Part shown: positions 1 to 12,825 of the stretch, in pieces | Layout of the letters: each line of letters starts with the position of its first letter | Numbering within the stretch: position 1 is the first letter of the stretch | Assembly (NCBI RefSeq): GCF_000143415.4 | Contig: NW_003314318.1 | Location: 1,103,690 to 1,167,689 of the forward strand | Length of the DNA stretch: 64,000 nt | Reading direction: 5' to 3' | From: Selaginella moellendorffii | Lineage: Eukaryota > Plantae > Lycopodiophyta | Position numbers and translations under genes: made by a program | The notes under the pieces: generated by a model | Databases searched by the model: none | What the model was told of the DNA's origin: nothing | The model's input: the letters and a program-made list of their open reading frames with translations, nothing else

Positions 1-734
1 ATTCGTTCCTCTCGTATCAACACACAGTAAGTACGTTTGCTAAATTTTCACACTGGATTAAATATGTTTCTGAACGGATACCAGGACCCCTGGTGCCACG
101 CATCCAAGCAAACTTCATCAAAAGATAGTAAGCATATATTAGCTTCCATCCAGCAAGATTATCAAGTCTTTTGTGTGCAGTGCCAGCACTGGTTTTGCGC
201 TGCCACACTTGCTCCCACTGTGTGGATCTTTCAGCACCATGTAGAGATACTAGAGGTTCTTTAATTTATACAGCAAACATTACAGTCATACCTTCTAAAT
301 TCTATGTTCCCATGCAGCAAACACTGCAAACACCACAAAGTGCAGGGAACTGGCAAGAGCTCATGTTTGTACACTCCAATGTGAAAGAATGGCTCTCAAT
401 GAAAGCATAACTCGTCACCCAAAACGAGTCCGTAAGTTCGTCACCTTTGGTTCAAAAACGAGTTTTTAATATTTAATCTTCCGACATTAAGCTTAAACTT
501 TCTCAGATGACGGCCTAGAAGCGTGCCTACAAGCCTACACTAATCCGTGATCGCAGCTTATAACAGGCTGCCAAGTTTCTATCCTCTCGAACAAACTTTG
601 ATAAGATTTATATCTTGTTTTTGGCCAACACAAAACTTAAGTTTCTCAACTGAATATGACTACAAGTTTGCAAGAAGGATCTAACTTATAAGAAGTTCTA
701 GCCTTTTCTCTTGCCTCCAAAGTTCCCTACAATC

Positions 735-1040
735 ATGATGAGCACTCCAAAATGCATTGTGGGTCTCGACTTCAGCACTACTTTCTCCAGATTCACCTTT
801 GCTCATAGGTCCAATCCATTTGACATCCATTCCTTCTACAAATGGCTCAGCCAGAGAGAACTCAAGGTGAAGCTATATTGCAAAACGCAAATCAGCTTAG
901 TTTACTCAGCCTCCTTACCATTGCCTTAGTCTGCTCCATCTCTCAAGCTTTACCTTTAAGTTTGCCTGTTAATGGTTTTCCAAAACCACCATTAACTTGG
1001 ATTCACGATTATAAGGAGAACTTGCTTTTAGGTCTTTCTT
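735..1040 (+). pseudogene. Hsp70-superfamily (HSPA12-like) N-terminal fragment, decayed
   Basis: IVGLDFSTTFSRFTFAH...FYKW...YCKT resembles the Hsp70 phosphate-1 motif (VGLDFGTTFSG); no continuing frame. Confidence 0.55.
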
Positions 1041-1891
1041 TTAATTAATATTTAAAAAATTTAGACAAATGACCTAGCACCACACATGGGAGGTTAAATT
1101 CACTTTATTTATCCTCCACATCCTCTTTATCCCCTTTTCTTGAAAGAAAAAAAGTTTCAAAGCATTAGCTTTTTTTAGACTTGTTATACTCATCTTCACT
1201 CTGCCATTTATGTTCAACTTCACTCCACTATTATATTTATTTATCTTCACTACATAGGGGTTGGATGTTCTATTTAGACTCACTATGTTTATCTTTACTC
1301 TATAATCTATATTATTCATCCTCACTCCATTATTGTATCTACTCATCCTCATTTTATTGTCAAGGTTGGACTCCTTTCTCCCTCCTTTGAAGAAAAAGTT
1401 TGAAGCATTAGGGAAAAGAGGAGAAAATGAAAAAAATTAAGGAAGAAATATTGTGGAAGAAAAAAAATGGATGAAGAAGAATTTTTAATAGTTTGTTAAT
1501 GCAAAAATGGGGAAATAAAAGAAGAACATATGCTCAAAACTTGGAAAATAAGACTTCTTGTCATAAAATACTTTAGTTACCATAATATAATCAAAAAATT
1601 CATACCACTCAACCTCCTTCATACATAACTCAACACTTGAGATAGGAAAATTTATAAAAATGTCCACACTCTTAAAGGAAGATATAAATTCTTTAACAAA
1701 AATGATAAAGTACAAGCTCTCAATGGGATTCACAAGTGGGGATACACACTCAATTCGAAACTTTAGCCAAAGTGACTCAATATTTAGAACACCAAAATTG
1801 ATCAAAGACTACTAACAAAAAAAAATCAAGATTCTCAACTTCATGTACATGGTTAACATCCAGATTAATACAAGGATAAAAAATATTAAAT

Positions 1892-2604
1892 TGTAAGTAA
1901 CCAAAGAGAATGACTCGAGAAACAATTTATAAGAATTTAAATATAAAAGGAAAGGGCTTATGAATAAAAGTGCACCCCCTTCTCAATCCATTAAAGGTTT
2001 TAGGATATTTGGGGTTAAGTGTCCTTGGGTTTAAATAGTATTAATGACCTTCTGGGAAGTCCAAATTCTAGAGCTTACATTTAGTATTAGAGAGGTTTCG
2101 GGTTTGACTTTATTGGTTAGCTAGGGGAATCATACCACATATTGATTGAGATCTTACAAGTTTAGTTTGCTTGGGTCAAGATTTTATTGGTTGGTTAGGG
2201 GAATCGCACTATATATTAATTGATATTTAGCAAGTTCAATTTGCTCCAACTAAGTTCGACCTGAGGGGTAGGGTGTCAAGAGAGTGAGGCTCTCAAAAGA
2301 GTTGTAGTTCTCAACTTTCTTTCATGAGGCTGTGAACTTAAGGTTTCGTATTTAACTTTAATTGTTGGCTAGGGGAATTGCACCACATATTAATTGGTAT
2401 TTAGTAGGTCTAATTTACTTTGGTTGGGCTTGACTTAAGAGGTAGGGTGTTAAGAAAGCAAAGCTTTTGGGAGAGATATGCCTTTTAGCTTTCATTCACG
2501 AGGTCATGAAATTGTAAGGAAGCATAGTGGATTGTAAAAAACCAAAAATAACAACTTGAGAAACAATCCATAAGGGTTCAAATATAGAGGGAAAGGGCCC
2601 ATGA
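1892..2604 (+). mobile_element. Degenerate Cassandra-like TRIM (LTR 1892-2079, duplicated internal domain, truncated second LTR from 2533)
   Basis: Similar to the intact copy at 7526-8150, including a decayed 5S-like segment and tgtaag...cttaca ends; second LTR is cut by an insertion at 2605. Confidence 0.75.
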
Positions 2605-3270
2605 TGTAAGTTATAAATTTTTCCTTTCTAATTTACTAGTTTACCTCGTCTATCTAACCATCACTGCCTGTAAGTTAAGTTCCCTTATCAAGATTCCCAA
2701 CTATTATACTAGCTCCTATTTGGTCTACTTGGTTTTAGCTACTCACTATACGAGCAATAAAGTGTTAACCCTCCATCCATAAATTCCAAAATTTTCTTTC
2801 AATCCCCCTCCCTAAGTTAGACTGAACTTAAGGTTCGGCTATACTCCCCACAAGCACAAACAACCAAACACACCAAGCCTTTAGGTTTCTAACATCCCAT
2901 AGTATAGTAAAGTTTGATCATAGAACCCTCTAACTCCCAAGCCTTAAGTGCATCTCTTACTTCAAGACTCTAGGGGGAAACACTATGGCTTAATGGCTTG
3001 GTATGGGTACCCTTACTCCTTCATTTTCATCCTGAAGAGAAGGTCTAAGCCTTTAAGAGGAGCGAAGACTAATGAGCTGCATGGTACTCAAGTGGGACAC
3101 CACTCCACATAAGTCAAGAGCACTGTAATTAGTTTCCCTTCTGAGAGTGGGAACTACTTTTGAGCACTTCCTTGGGTCAGTTTAGAAGCACTACTAAAGA
3201 TTTCCTTCAAGATTGGTTCCTAGACCTTATTATCCCTACTATACTTTTGGAACCCCTTGCAACCCCCCCA
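2605..3270 (+). mobile_element. LTR-like repeat (family B); inverted relative at ~58232-59077
   Basis: Starts tgtaagttataaattt; reverse complement aligns by eye with 58320-59077. Right end approximate. Confidence 0.55.
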
Positions 3271-4169
3271 TGAGACGATCGCTTTGGGCTTTCACCCCAC
3301 AATTTGTATTAGTATTCAAATTTGGTCTTGAACTCGATCTTGGACTTAACCTTGGACTCAGTCTTAGATTCGGTCTCGAACTCAGTCTTGGACTCAGTCT
3401 CAAACTCAATTTTGAAGTTGGTCTCGGACTCAGTCTTGAACTCAGCCTTGGAGTCAGTTTTATACTTGGTATCATTCAATGAACTCTTTATCATTTTAGT
3501 CATGGTTTCAAAGATCCTTTAGCCTGTGACACCTCAGGGGGTTAGTTCCCACCACCCATAGAAGAAGTTCAATGCCCATATCAAACATTTCTTTTTAATC
3601 CTATGATTTATTGAGCATGTCTTCGGAGGCATTCTCTCACTTAGCAGTGTGCCTAAGTTAGCCTCCCTAGCTACGAGCCCATGACAACAGGATATAGGTG
3701 TCCTTATACCCCTCACCTCACCATGCCCTAGTATAGGGTTGGGACTTAAACCTAACTATAAGCAACTAAATTTTCCATTCTACTTTAGTCACTTAACTAT
3801 ACCTCTAACCACTTGGAGGAGTTTCATTCACAACCTCCATAAGTCCTATTCCGGATTTAGGGTTTACTAGCCCCATAAATAGCATCCATGCCACTCAAAC
3901 TTTGCACTTGGTTCAAGTGCTCCACGTGTTTAATCCCATGACTGACACCTAAAGGTACCATTGCATATCAGCCAGTTATGCTAAGGCCATACCAATTCAC
4001 TTTTATCACACTAGTGGTCCAACACCACTTACATCACAATCCTGTCTCTTACAGATTGGGCCATCCATTCATGAGTGATCATCCTAGATCCACTTCTTAA
4101 CATCCTTAGGATCCTTGTAAACATAGGGAACAACCTTACCCAATATCCTTTTTATAGTCCCCACCAAGT

Positions 4170-5687
4170 TATGAGACAAAAATCCCTAACCCCCAAAGTG
4201 GAGCCGAAAGGGTGCCATATGGTAGTGGCCAAAGCGAAAGACAAATGAGCGTAATACATTTGGACTAAAAGTTCTGACTTGAAAAGTCAAAAGTGGGAGT
4301 GGAACTCCCAATGAAGGGCTCAAAGAACGAGCTTGAAACAAGCAATAAGTGAGTCTGAAATGGACCCGAGATGGAGTCCAAGATGGATCCGAGATGGAGT
4401 CCGAGATGGACCTGAGATGGAGTCCGATATGGAGTTCGAGATGGAGTTTAAGATGGAGTTTGAGATGGACCTGAGATGGACTCTAAGATGGAGTCTGAGA
4501 TGGACCCGAGATGGAGTCCGAGATGGAACCGAGACCGAGTCTAAGTCCGAGACCGAGACCGAGACCGAGTCTGAGTCTGAGTCTGAGTTTGAGTCTGAGT
4601 TTGAGTCCGAGCTCGAATACTAATACAAGCTGTTCCAAAAGGATAGGGTTCCAAAAGTATAGTAGGGAGAGTGTGGGGGTTGGACCCCAGTGGAGCCATT
4701 TTGGCTAGGAAAGGCCAGTTTGGCCCAAAAAGGCTGTACCCAGGTGTTGGGTGATGAGATAACCACTGGTAAGTCCAAGGCTAGAGTGAATACAGACAAA
4801 CAAGTGGGGTAGCTTGGTCAAGAGCCGGCTCTAATTCCCCTAGGAGATCGAATGGTTGATACTCCCAGTCCAAGCGTGGGTGGCACTACTTACTTAGATA
4901 CCTGGCGTGGCTTAACAGAACCTCACTCTAAGCCTGTGGCTAGAGTACTTAAAGGCGAAAAGTGGGGAGAGTACCCATGAGGCTCATGTAGCACCACGGT
5001 GTTCCAAAATATTGTCCCAAAGTTCCAGTCTATGGAAAGGAAGAGGAGTAGTCCTCTGGTGTAGTGACCAAGGATATGGTCATGTGGTAAAGAAGTCCCA
5101 GAGGACAGTGGGACTTAGTGGTCAGGCCTGTGGGCTTTGCCCTAGTGGCAGTGTTGGTAAACACGGCCATTGACAGAAAAGGGACTTAATGGAGACTATA
5201 AAAGGAATATTGAAGAAGGCTATTCCCCATATTTGCAAGACTGGGATGCAGGTGATGTTAGATCACCGATGTGACAAAGGTGAATGGGCATGGCTTTAAT
5301 GTAATGGTGTAGCGCACCTTATCTCTCTCCCCTTAAGCCAACTGGAAAAGGGGCAATTGCTTGATGAGAGAGACCTTAGTGGCTATTTTATCCCCATTTA
5401 TCCCCCAAGGTTCCAAGGATCCACGGTGACAGTATATCCAAATCTCATCCCATGATCACATATGCTACAAATGACGTTAGTGGTATGTTTAAGTGTCAGC
5501 TAGGGGAGCACTTAGACTAAATGCAAAGGTTGAGTGGCATAGATGTCATTCTTGGGGCTAGCGAGCCCCCAAGTCCGGAAGAGAACTTATGGAGGCTGTG
5601 AGTGATACTCCTCCAAGTGGTTAGAGGTGTAGTTAAATAACTAAAGTAGAATGGAAAATCTAGTCACTTACAATTTGGTATCGGAGC
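4170..5687 (+). mobile_element. 5' LTR of family A (4170-5672) plus tRNA-iMet primer-binding site (5676-5687); decayed internal region follows to ~10300
   Basis: LTR ends ...cacttaca and is followed after 3 nt by tggtatcggagc; homologous to 5884-7352. Confidence 0.8.
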
Positions 5688-5883
5688 TATTCCTTCCTTC
5701 AACTCTTATTGGTGCTCAAGTATATCACCACTTATGTTGGCATTGAAATGTCCTAGGAGTGAGCTTATCCTTGAGGAATAGTAGGTCAGGAGGACATGGC
5801 TCTCCACTACAGTTCATGTATGAACTTGTAGGCAAGGTGGTGAATAAAAAAGGGCCAATAAAGGAATGACTTTGGAATCTTGG

Positions 5884-7352
5884 TGTGAGACACAAAATCC
5901 CTAGGACCCAAAGTGGAGCCGGAAGGGTGCCATGTGGTAATGGCAGAAGCGAAAACCAAAGGAGCGTAACACGTTTGGACTAAAAGCTCCAATTTGAAAG
6001 GTCGAGAGCGGGAGTGGAACTCCTAACAAAGTGCTCAAAGAACAAGCACAAAGCGAGCAATAAACGAGGCTCCAAAAAGGGACCCAAAAGGACCAACACA
6101 TGACATGTGGAAGTGTCCGAGATGGACCCGAGATGGAGTCCGAGATGGACCCAAGATGGAGTTCGAGATGGAATCCAAGATGGAGTCCGAGAAGGACCCA
6201 AGATGGAGTCCGAGGTTGAGACTGAGACCGGGACTGAGACCGAGACCGAGACCGAGACCAGGGCCGAGACTGAGACCGAGATCGGGACCGAGACCGAGAC
6301 CGAGGCCGAGACCGAGCCCGAGTCCGAGTCTGAGTCCGAGTTCGAGTCCGAGTCCAAGTCCGAGTTCGAGTCTAAGAGGGTGAAAGCGCAAAGCGTTCGT
6401 CTCCCAGACCCTGGGGGGTTTGGTGAGCTCCAAAAGTATAGTAAAAGGGAAGACTGCAATGGAGCTAGTTTGGCCCAGGAAGGCTGTACCCAGTGTTGGG
6501 TGATAAGCTGCCCATTGGGAAGTCCACGACTAGAGTAAACATGGACCGATAAGCGAGATAGCTTGGTAAAGTGTTCAAGAGCCGGCTTTAGTTCCCCCGG
6601 GAGATCGATTGGCCGATGCTCCCAATCCAAGTGTGGGTGGCACTACCTACTTGGATACCTGGTGTGGCTCAACGAAACCTCGCTCTAAGCCCATGGCTAG
6701 AGCACCCAAAGGCGGAAGGCGGGGAGAGTACCCACAAGGCTCGCGTAAGGCCACGGTGTTCCGAAATGTTGCCCCATGGTCCTAGACTGTGAAAAGAAAG
6801 AGGAGTCGTCCTATAGTGTAGAGACCAAGGATACAGTCATGTGAGGAGGAAGTCCCAGAGGACCGTGGGACTTAGTGGTCGGGCCTATGGGCCTCGATCC
6901 AGTGGCAGTGTTTGCGAACACGGCCATGGGCAGAAAGGGACTTGGTGGGGACCGGAAAAGGGATATTGGGGAAGGCTATTCCCCATGTCTATGGGCATCT
7001 TAAGGATTCTAAGGAGTGGATCTAAGATGATCACTCATGGACGAATGGCCTAGTCTTTGAGAGATGGGACTGTGATATAGGTGGTGTCAGACCACCAATG
7101 TGACCAAGGTGAATGGGCATAGCCTTAGCATAACGGGTTGATATGTCGGTGGTACCTTGGGGTGTCGGTCATGGGATCGGACACGTGGAGCACTTGGACC
7201 AAATGCAAAGGTTGAGTGGTAGGGATGCCATTCTTAGGGCTAGCAAGCCCAAGTCCAAAATAGAACTTATGGAGGTTGCGAGTGAGACTCCTCCAAGTGG
7301 TCGGAGGTGTGGTTAAATGGCTAAAGTAGAATGGAAAAATTAGTCGCTTACA
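5884..7352 (+). mobile_element. Solo LTR, family A, with CTTGG TSD
   Basis: TG...CA ends; cttgg on both sides; internal GAGATG/GAGTCC/GAGACC hexamer arrays. Confidence 0.9.
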
Positions 7353-7525
7353 CTTGGGAATAGTATAAGGTTTTCCTCAAAGAGTTGAAGATGTGATCCA
7401 AATGAGTGTTTAACTTAACAAACTAGCTAATGTAATTGTGGTAAACAACTATAGTTGGTATCATAAGGAAAATAGAGACTCCAAAACAATAAAAGAGTTA
7501 CCAGATTACCCTCATATCGTTGGGG

Positions 7526-8150
7526 TGTAAGCAACCAAAGGGAATGACTTGAGAGACAATCCATGGGGTTCAAATATAGAGAAAAGGGGCCCATGAATAA
7601 AAGTGCACCCCCTTTTCCAATCAGTTAAGGGTCTTGGGATATTTAGGGTTAAGCGTCCTTGGGTTTGAATAGTACTGGGCTGGGTGACCTCTTGGGAAGT
7701 CCAAATTCAGGAGCTTACATTTGGTATCGGAGCGGATCTCGGGTCCGACTTTGTTGGTTGGCTAAGGGAATCACACCACATGTTGATTGACATCTGGCTG
7801 GTCTAGTTTGCTCTTGATTGACATCTGGCTGGTCTAGTTTGCTCCTGCTGGGCTCAACCCGAGGGGTAGAGTGTCAAGAGAGCGGGGCTCTTGGGAGAGT
7901 TGTGGCTCTCAGCTTCCGTTCACAAGAACATGAACTTGCAGAGAAGCGTGGTGAATTGTAAGCAACCAAAGGGAATGACTCGAGAGACGATCCATGAGGT
8001 TCAAATATAGAGAGAAAGGGCCCATGAATAAAAGTGCACCCCCTTTTCCAATTGATTAAGGGTCTTGGGATATTTAGGGTTAAGTGTCCTTGGGTTTGAA
8101 TAGTACTAGGCTGGGTGACCTCCCGGGAAGTCCAAATTCAGGAGCTTACA
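7526..8150 (+). mobile_element. Complete Cassandra-type TRIM (LTRs 7526-7719 and 7957-8150; 5S rRNA-derived segment in each LTR)
   Basis: Two 194-bp direct repeats with TG..CA ends, TGGGG TSD and Met PBS tggtatcggagc at 7722. LTR contains gttaagcgtccttgggtttgaatagtactgggctgggtgacctc..gggaagtcc, matching the plant 5S internal promoter region. Confidence 0.92.
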
Positions 8151-11100
8151 TGGGGCTAGTGCTCATGAATTTGAGACCAAAATTGGGAGGTCAAATGCAG
8201 ATGAGGACATAAGTCCTTGAAATAATAGCTAGGGCTACCTTTTATAAATGTTGGAACAAACCTAAGGAGTTGGGGGTGTACTTAGAGGATGAGTCGATAT
8301 TCTCATCATATGGACAGATAGTCCTAAGGGGCAAAAGTAACCCATAGGGAACGGAAAACAATCAAGTGTTAGAGTAACATTTGCAAAGATGATCCTTATG
8401 AGTAGAACATGAATATAAGAAGTTGTATTCTAGCAAGCTAACACATCAAAAGTAGGACTTTATGGGTCATCATATTAACAAAGTCCAAAAAGCTAAATGA
8501 CTCAAGTAGAGTTAAGGAATGGTCTTAAGGGATTGGTAGAAGCATTTATTAATAAAGTCCAAAAAGTTATATGACTCAAGTAGAGTTAAGGAATGATTTT
8601 AAGGGATTGGTAGAAGCATTTGGACTGAGGTGTGTTGTGCCCCACGAAGGATGGGGAGGATCATAAAATCCAAGTATAAAAATAGTGGGTATCTCATTAA
8701 TGGCAAAATGTGCTATAATAAAGTCATGGGGAAAAGGTTCCCAGAAAAAAACAATTTTGACACAAAGTTGTGTGTAAACTCTATGGTGTATGCTAACAGA
8801 TAGTTGGCATGAGAAATAATTATATTGGTCTTGACAAAGACCTAGACACAAGTAAGAAGTGTCATAAAGGTAGGCTTATAAAACTGATGGTGTGGAGACA
8901 CTGAATATGCCAAGATGTGATACCTTGAGGTCAAGTTGGCAGGTTTATGAGAACCCCTTCCCAAAGGAATCTTAATGGAAATGAGAATGGCATAGCCTAA
9001 GCTGAAAGGCATGCAGTTAGAGTGTGGTGACCCAAATAATGATGGAGATGTGGAAGCATCAGCAATGAGTTGTAGGACTTGACAACTATAAAACAATTAA
9101 ACAAAAGGTGAAAAATAATTGATTAAACTGGTAAAAGGTAACTACCCAAAATTTTTTATTGGGATAAAGAAGTTAGACATACCTTTATGGGGGATAAATT
9201 GCTTATGTTGTAATATAATAAGTCATTGTCGTAAAGGAAATGTTCATTGTCAAAGAAGGCCATTATTAGGACACCCAAACATTATAAAACACCAGGAAGT
9301 GGTGTTTAGTGTCATGAAGACATTAGATAAGGCCCAAGGGACTAAATCCATAATGAATGATGGATAGGAGGTGTTATCCAAATGTCCAAGGTTGTGGAGA
9401 TGGGAGAAATCCATCTACCCAAATTAGACAAAGCCAAAAAGGGATTTTGGCAAAGCTAGTGATAGGTATATAAAAGCCCATAAATAGCAATGTTAATCTC
9501 GATATGTAAGATTACAAGGTGAGCATACCCGGATTGAAGAACCACTCCCTAGGTTATCAAGTAAGTTCATCCCTATGAATACTTGCTAAGGTATAGCAGA
9601 AAACACAAAACTATCCTCTTAGTCTGGAGGAGAATAACCGAAGAAAACATATGAGGCCAAAAAGAAAGTAATACAAGGATAAAATTGAACTATAAGAATC
9701 AAAGGGCATAATCAATGGTGGTTATGTGAGTTGGGAGTGGAGAATCAAATGGGTGCTCGAGCGGGTTGTTATTAGCAACCATGATGCCATGGAGAGTCTA
9801 AAATATGGAATTATCCATATTAAACCATATGGCAACTAAAAAAATTTCAAAAGGAAAGGCATTAACAAGCTAAGGGACAGAGTCCCTTCAAGGTTCCCAA
9901 AGACAATTTTAAAGATTAGTATCTAGAAAGCTAAGTGTAAATGGTTGATAGAATGCACGAAATCAGAGTGGCGCAGCAAAAGTGTGGTCTTGAAGCTTGT
10001 CATAAGGTAAAGTTATCAAGGTTGGGAAAATAGTTCCCAAGTGTTCAAAGGGATGGCTTTGAACGAAAGTCGTTGGTCAAGGACTTTCACGTTTATGTAT
10101 GAACCATATTACAGTGGTCGGATGACTTGCTAAGCGAGATTGGCAAGTCAAAGGAACAAATACCCTAATTGAAGGTGCTAACTTCAAAAGGGGTGGCCCA
10201 TGGGGCCAAGTATGGAGGAGTCCATGCATGATCACAGACTTGTCAAGTGAGAGGACTTGGCAGTGCAGAGGAAATAGGTTCCTAAGCTGTGATTTGTAAC
10301 GCACTTTAAGTATAAGTTGATGCACCGGTGTAGGGAGTCATGCCAGACATCTTGGGTGATGCCGTCTATAAATGCATATACAAAGGTTGGGTTCGAGTCC
10401 TGACCCTCTATGCTTGAGTTCGAGTCCCAACTCACTAGGGCGCAGTGAGACTCTCAGTAAGGAGACTAGCTTGGGCACACCGCCAAGCGAGGGATGCCCC
10501 GGAGTCGTGATACACGGTTAACGAGGGTCCCTTTTTTATCTATGGTAGTGTTTGCCAACACTGCTATTGAGTCAAGGCCCACAGGCTTGACCACTAAGTC
10601 TCACTATCCTCTAAAACTTCCCCACCACGTGACTGTATCCTTGGTCACTACACCAAAGGACTGCTCTTTTTCCTTTCCACAATCCAGGATTTTGGGACAA
10701 CATTTCAAAACACTGTGGCCTTACGTGAGCCTCATGGGTACTCTTCCCACCTTCTGCCTTTGGGTACTTTAACCATGGGGCTAGAGCAAGGTTTCGTTGA
10801 GCCACACTAGGTATCCAAGTAGGTAATGCCACCCACACTTAGATTAGGAGCATCGACCATTCAATCTCCTGGGGGAATTAAAGTCGGCTCTTGAACACTT
10901 CACCAAACTACCCCACTTGTTTATTTGTATTCACTCTAGCCTTGGACTTCCCAATGGTTATCTTATCACCCAACACCTGGGTATAACCTTTTTGGGCCAA
11001 ACTGGCCTTTCCTGGCTAAATTGGCTCCACTAGGGTCCAACCCCCACACTCTCCCTACTATATTTTTGGAACCCCCTGCAGCCCCCCTACCCCCTGGGGT

Positions 11101-11290
11101 CAACAGCCTGTATTAGTATCCGGACTCGGACTTGGACTCCGACTCTGACTCGGACTCGGTCTTGGACTCGGACTTGGTCTTGGTTTTGGACTCGGACTTG
11201 GTCTTAGTCTCAAATTTCGTCTCAGTATTGGTCTCGATCTCGATTTTGATCTCGAATCCATCTCAGACTCCATCTCGAATTCCATCTTGG

Positions 11291-12825
11291 TGTAAGCGAC
11301 TAATTTTTTCCATTCTACTTTAGTCACTTAACCGCACCTCCGACCACTTGGAGGAGTCTCATTCACAACCTCCATAAGTCCCACTCAGGACTTGGGGCTT
11401 GCTAGCCCCGAGAATGGCATCCATGCCACTCAACCTTTACATTTGGTCCAAGTGCTCCACATGTCCGGTCCCATGACCGACACCCCAAGGCACCACCAAC
11501 ATACCAGCCCGTTACGCTAGGCCATGCTCAATCACCTTGGTCATATCGGTGGTCCAACACCACCTGCATTGCAATCCCGTCTCTCCAAGACTGGGCCATC
11601 CATCCATGAGTGGTCATCCCAGATCCACTCCTTAGCATCCTTAGGATGCTTGTAGACATGGGGAATAACCTTCCCTAATATCTCCTTTCTGGTCCCCACC
11701 AAGTCCCTTTCTGTCCTTGGCCGTGTTTGCCAACACTACCACTGGATCAAGGCCCATAGGCCCGACCACTAAGTCCCACTGTCCTCTAGGATTTCCTCAC
11801 TGTGTGATTGTGTCCTTGGTCACCACACCAGAGGGCTACTCCTCTTCCTTTCCACAATCTAGGACTTTGGGATAACATTTCGGAACACCGTGGCCCTATG
11901 CGGGCCTCATGGGTACTCTCCCCACCTTCCGCCTTTAGGTGCTCTAGCCATGGGCTTAGAGCGAGGTTCCATTGAGCCACACCAGGTATCCAAGTAGGTA
12001 GTGCCACCCACACTTGGACTGAGAGCATCGGCCAATTGATCTCCTGGGGGAACTAGAGTCGGCTCTTGAACACTTCACTAAGCTACCCCGCTTGTTGGTC
12101 CGTGTTCACTCTAGTCTTGGACTTCCCAATGGGCAGCTCATCACCCAACACTGGGTACAGCATTTTTGGGCCAAACTAGCCTTTCCTGGCCAAACTGGCT
12201 CCACTGCAGTCCTCCCCCTTACTATACTTTTGGAGCTCACCAAACCCCCTAGGGTCTGGGAGACGAACGCTTTGGGCTTTCACCCTCTCAGACTCGAACT
12301 CGGACTCGGACTCGGACTCGGGCTTGGGCTTGGGCTCGGCCTCGGCCTCGGCCATGGTCTCGGTCCCAATCTCGGTCTCAGTCTCGGTCCCGGTCTTGGT
12401 CTCGGTCTAGATCTCGGTCCCGGTCTCGGTCTCGACCTCGGACTCCAACTCGGGTCCATCTCGGACTCCATCTCGGGTCCATCTCGGACTCCATCTCGGG
12501 TCCATCTTGGACTCCATCTCAGACTCTATCTCGGGTCCATCTCGGACTCCATCTCAGACTCCATCTCGAGTCCATCTCGGACTCCATCTCGGACACTTCC
12601 ACGTGTCATGTGTTGGTCCTTTTGGGTCATTTTTTGGAGCCTCGCTTATCACTCGCTTCGTGCTTGTTCTTTGAGCACTTCGTTGGGAGTCCCACTCCCG
12701 CTCTCGACCTTTCAAATTGGAGCTGTTAGTCCAAACGTGTTACGCTTGTTTGGTTTTCGCTTCTGCCATTACCACATGGCACCCTTCCAGCTCCACTTTG
12801 GGGCCTAGGGATTTTGTGTCTCACA
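11291..12825 (-). mobile_element. Solo LTR, family A, with CTTGG TSD
   Basis: Reverse-complement homolog of 5884-7352; cttgg on both sides. Confidence 0.9.

Noticed and set aside
7640-7705. 5S rRNA gene
   Set aside because: Only the internal part is present, embedded in both LTRs of a TRIM; not a complete 120-nt gene.
9962-9988. tRNA-Met gene
   Set aside because: Only ~27 nt of the 5' end; no cloverleaf.
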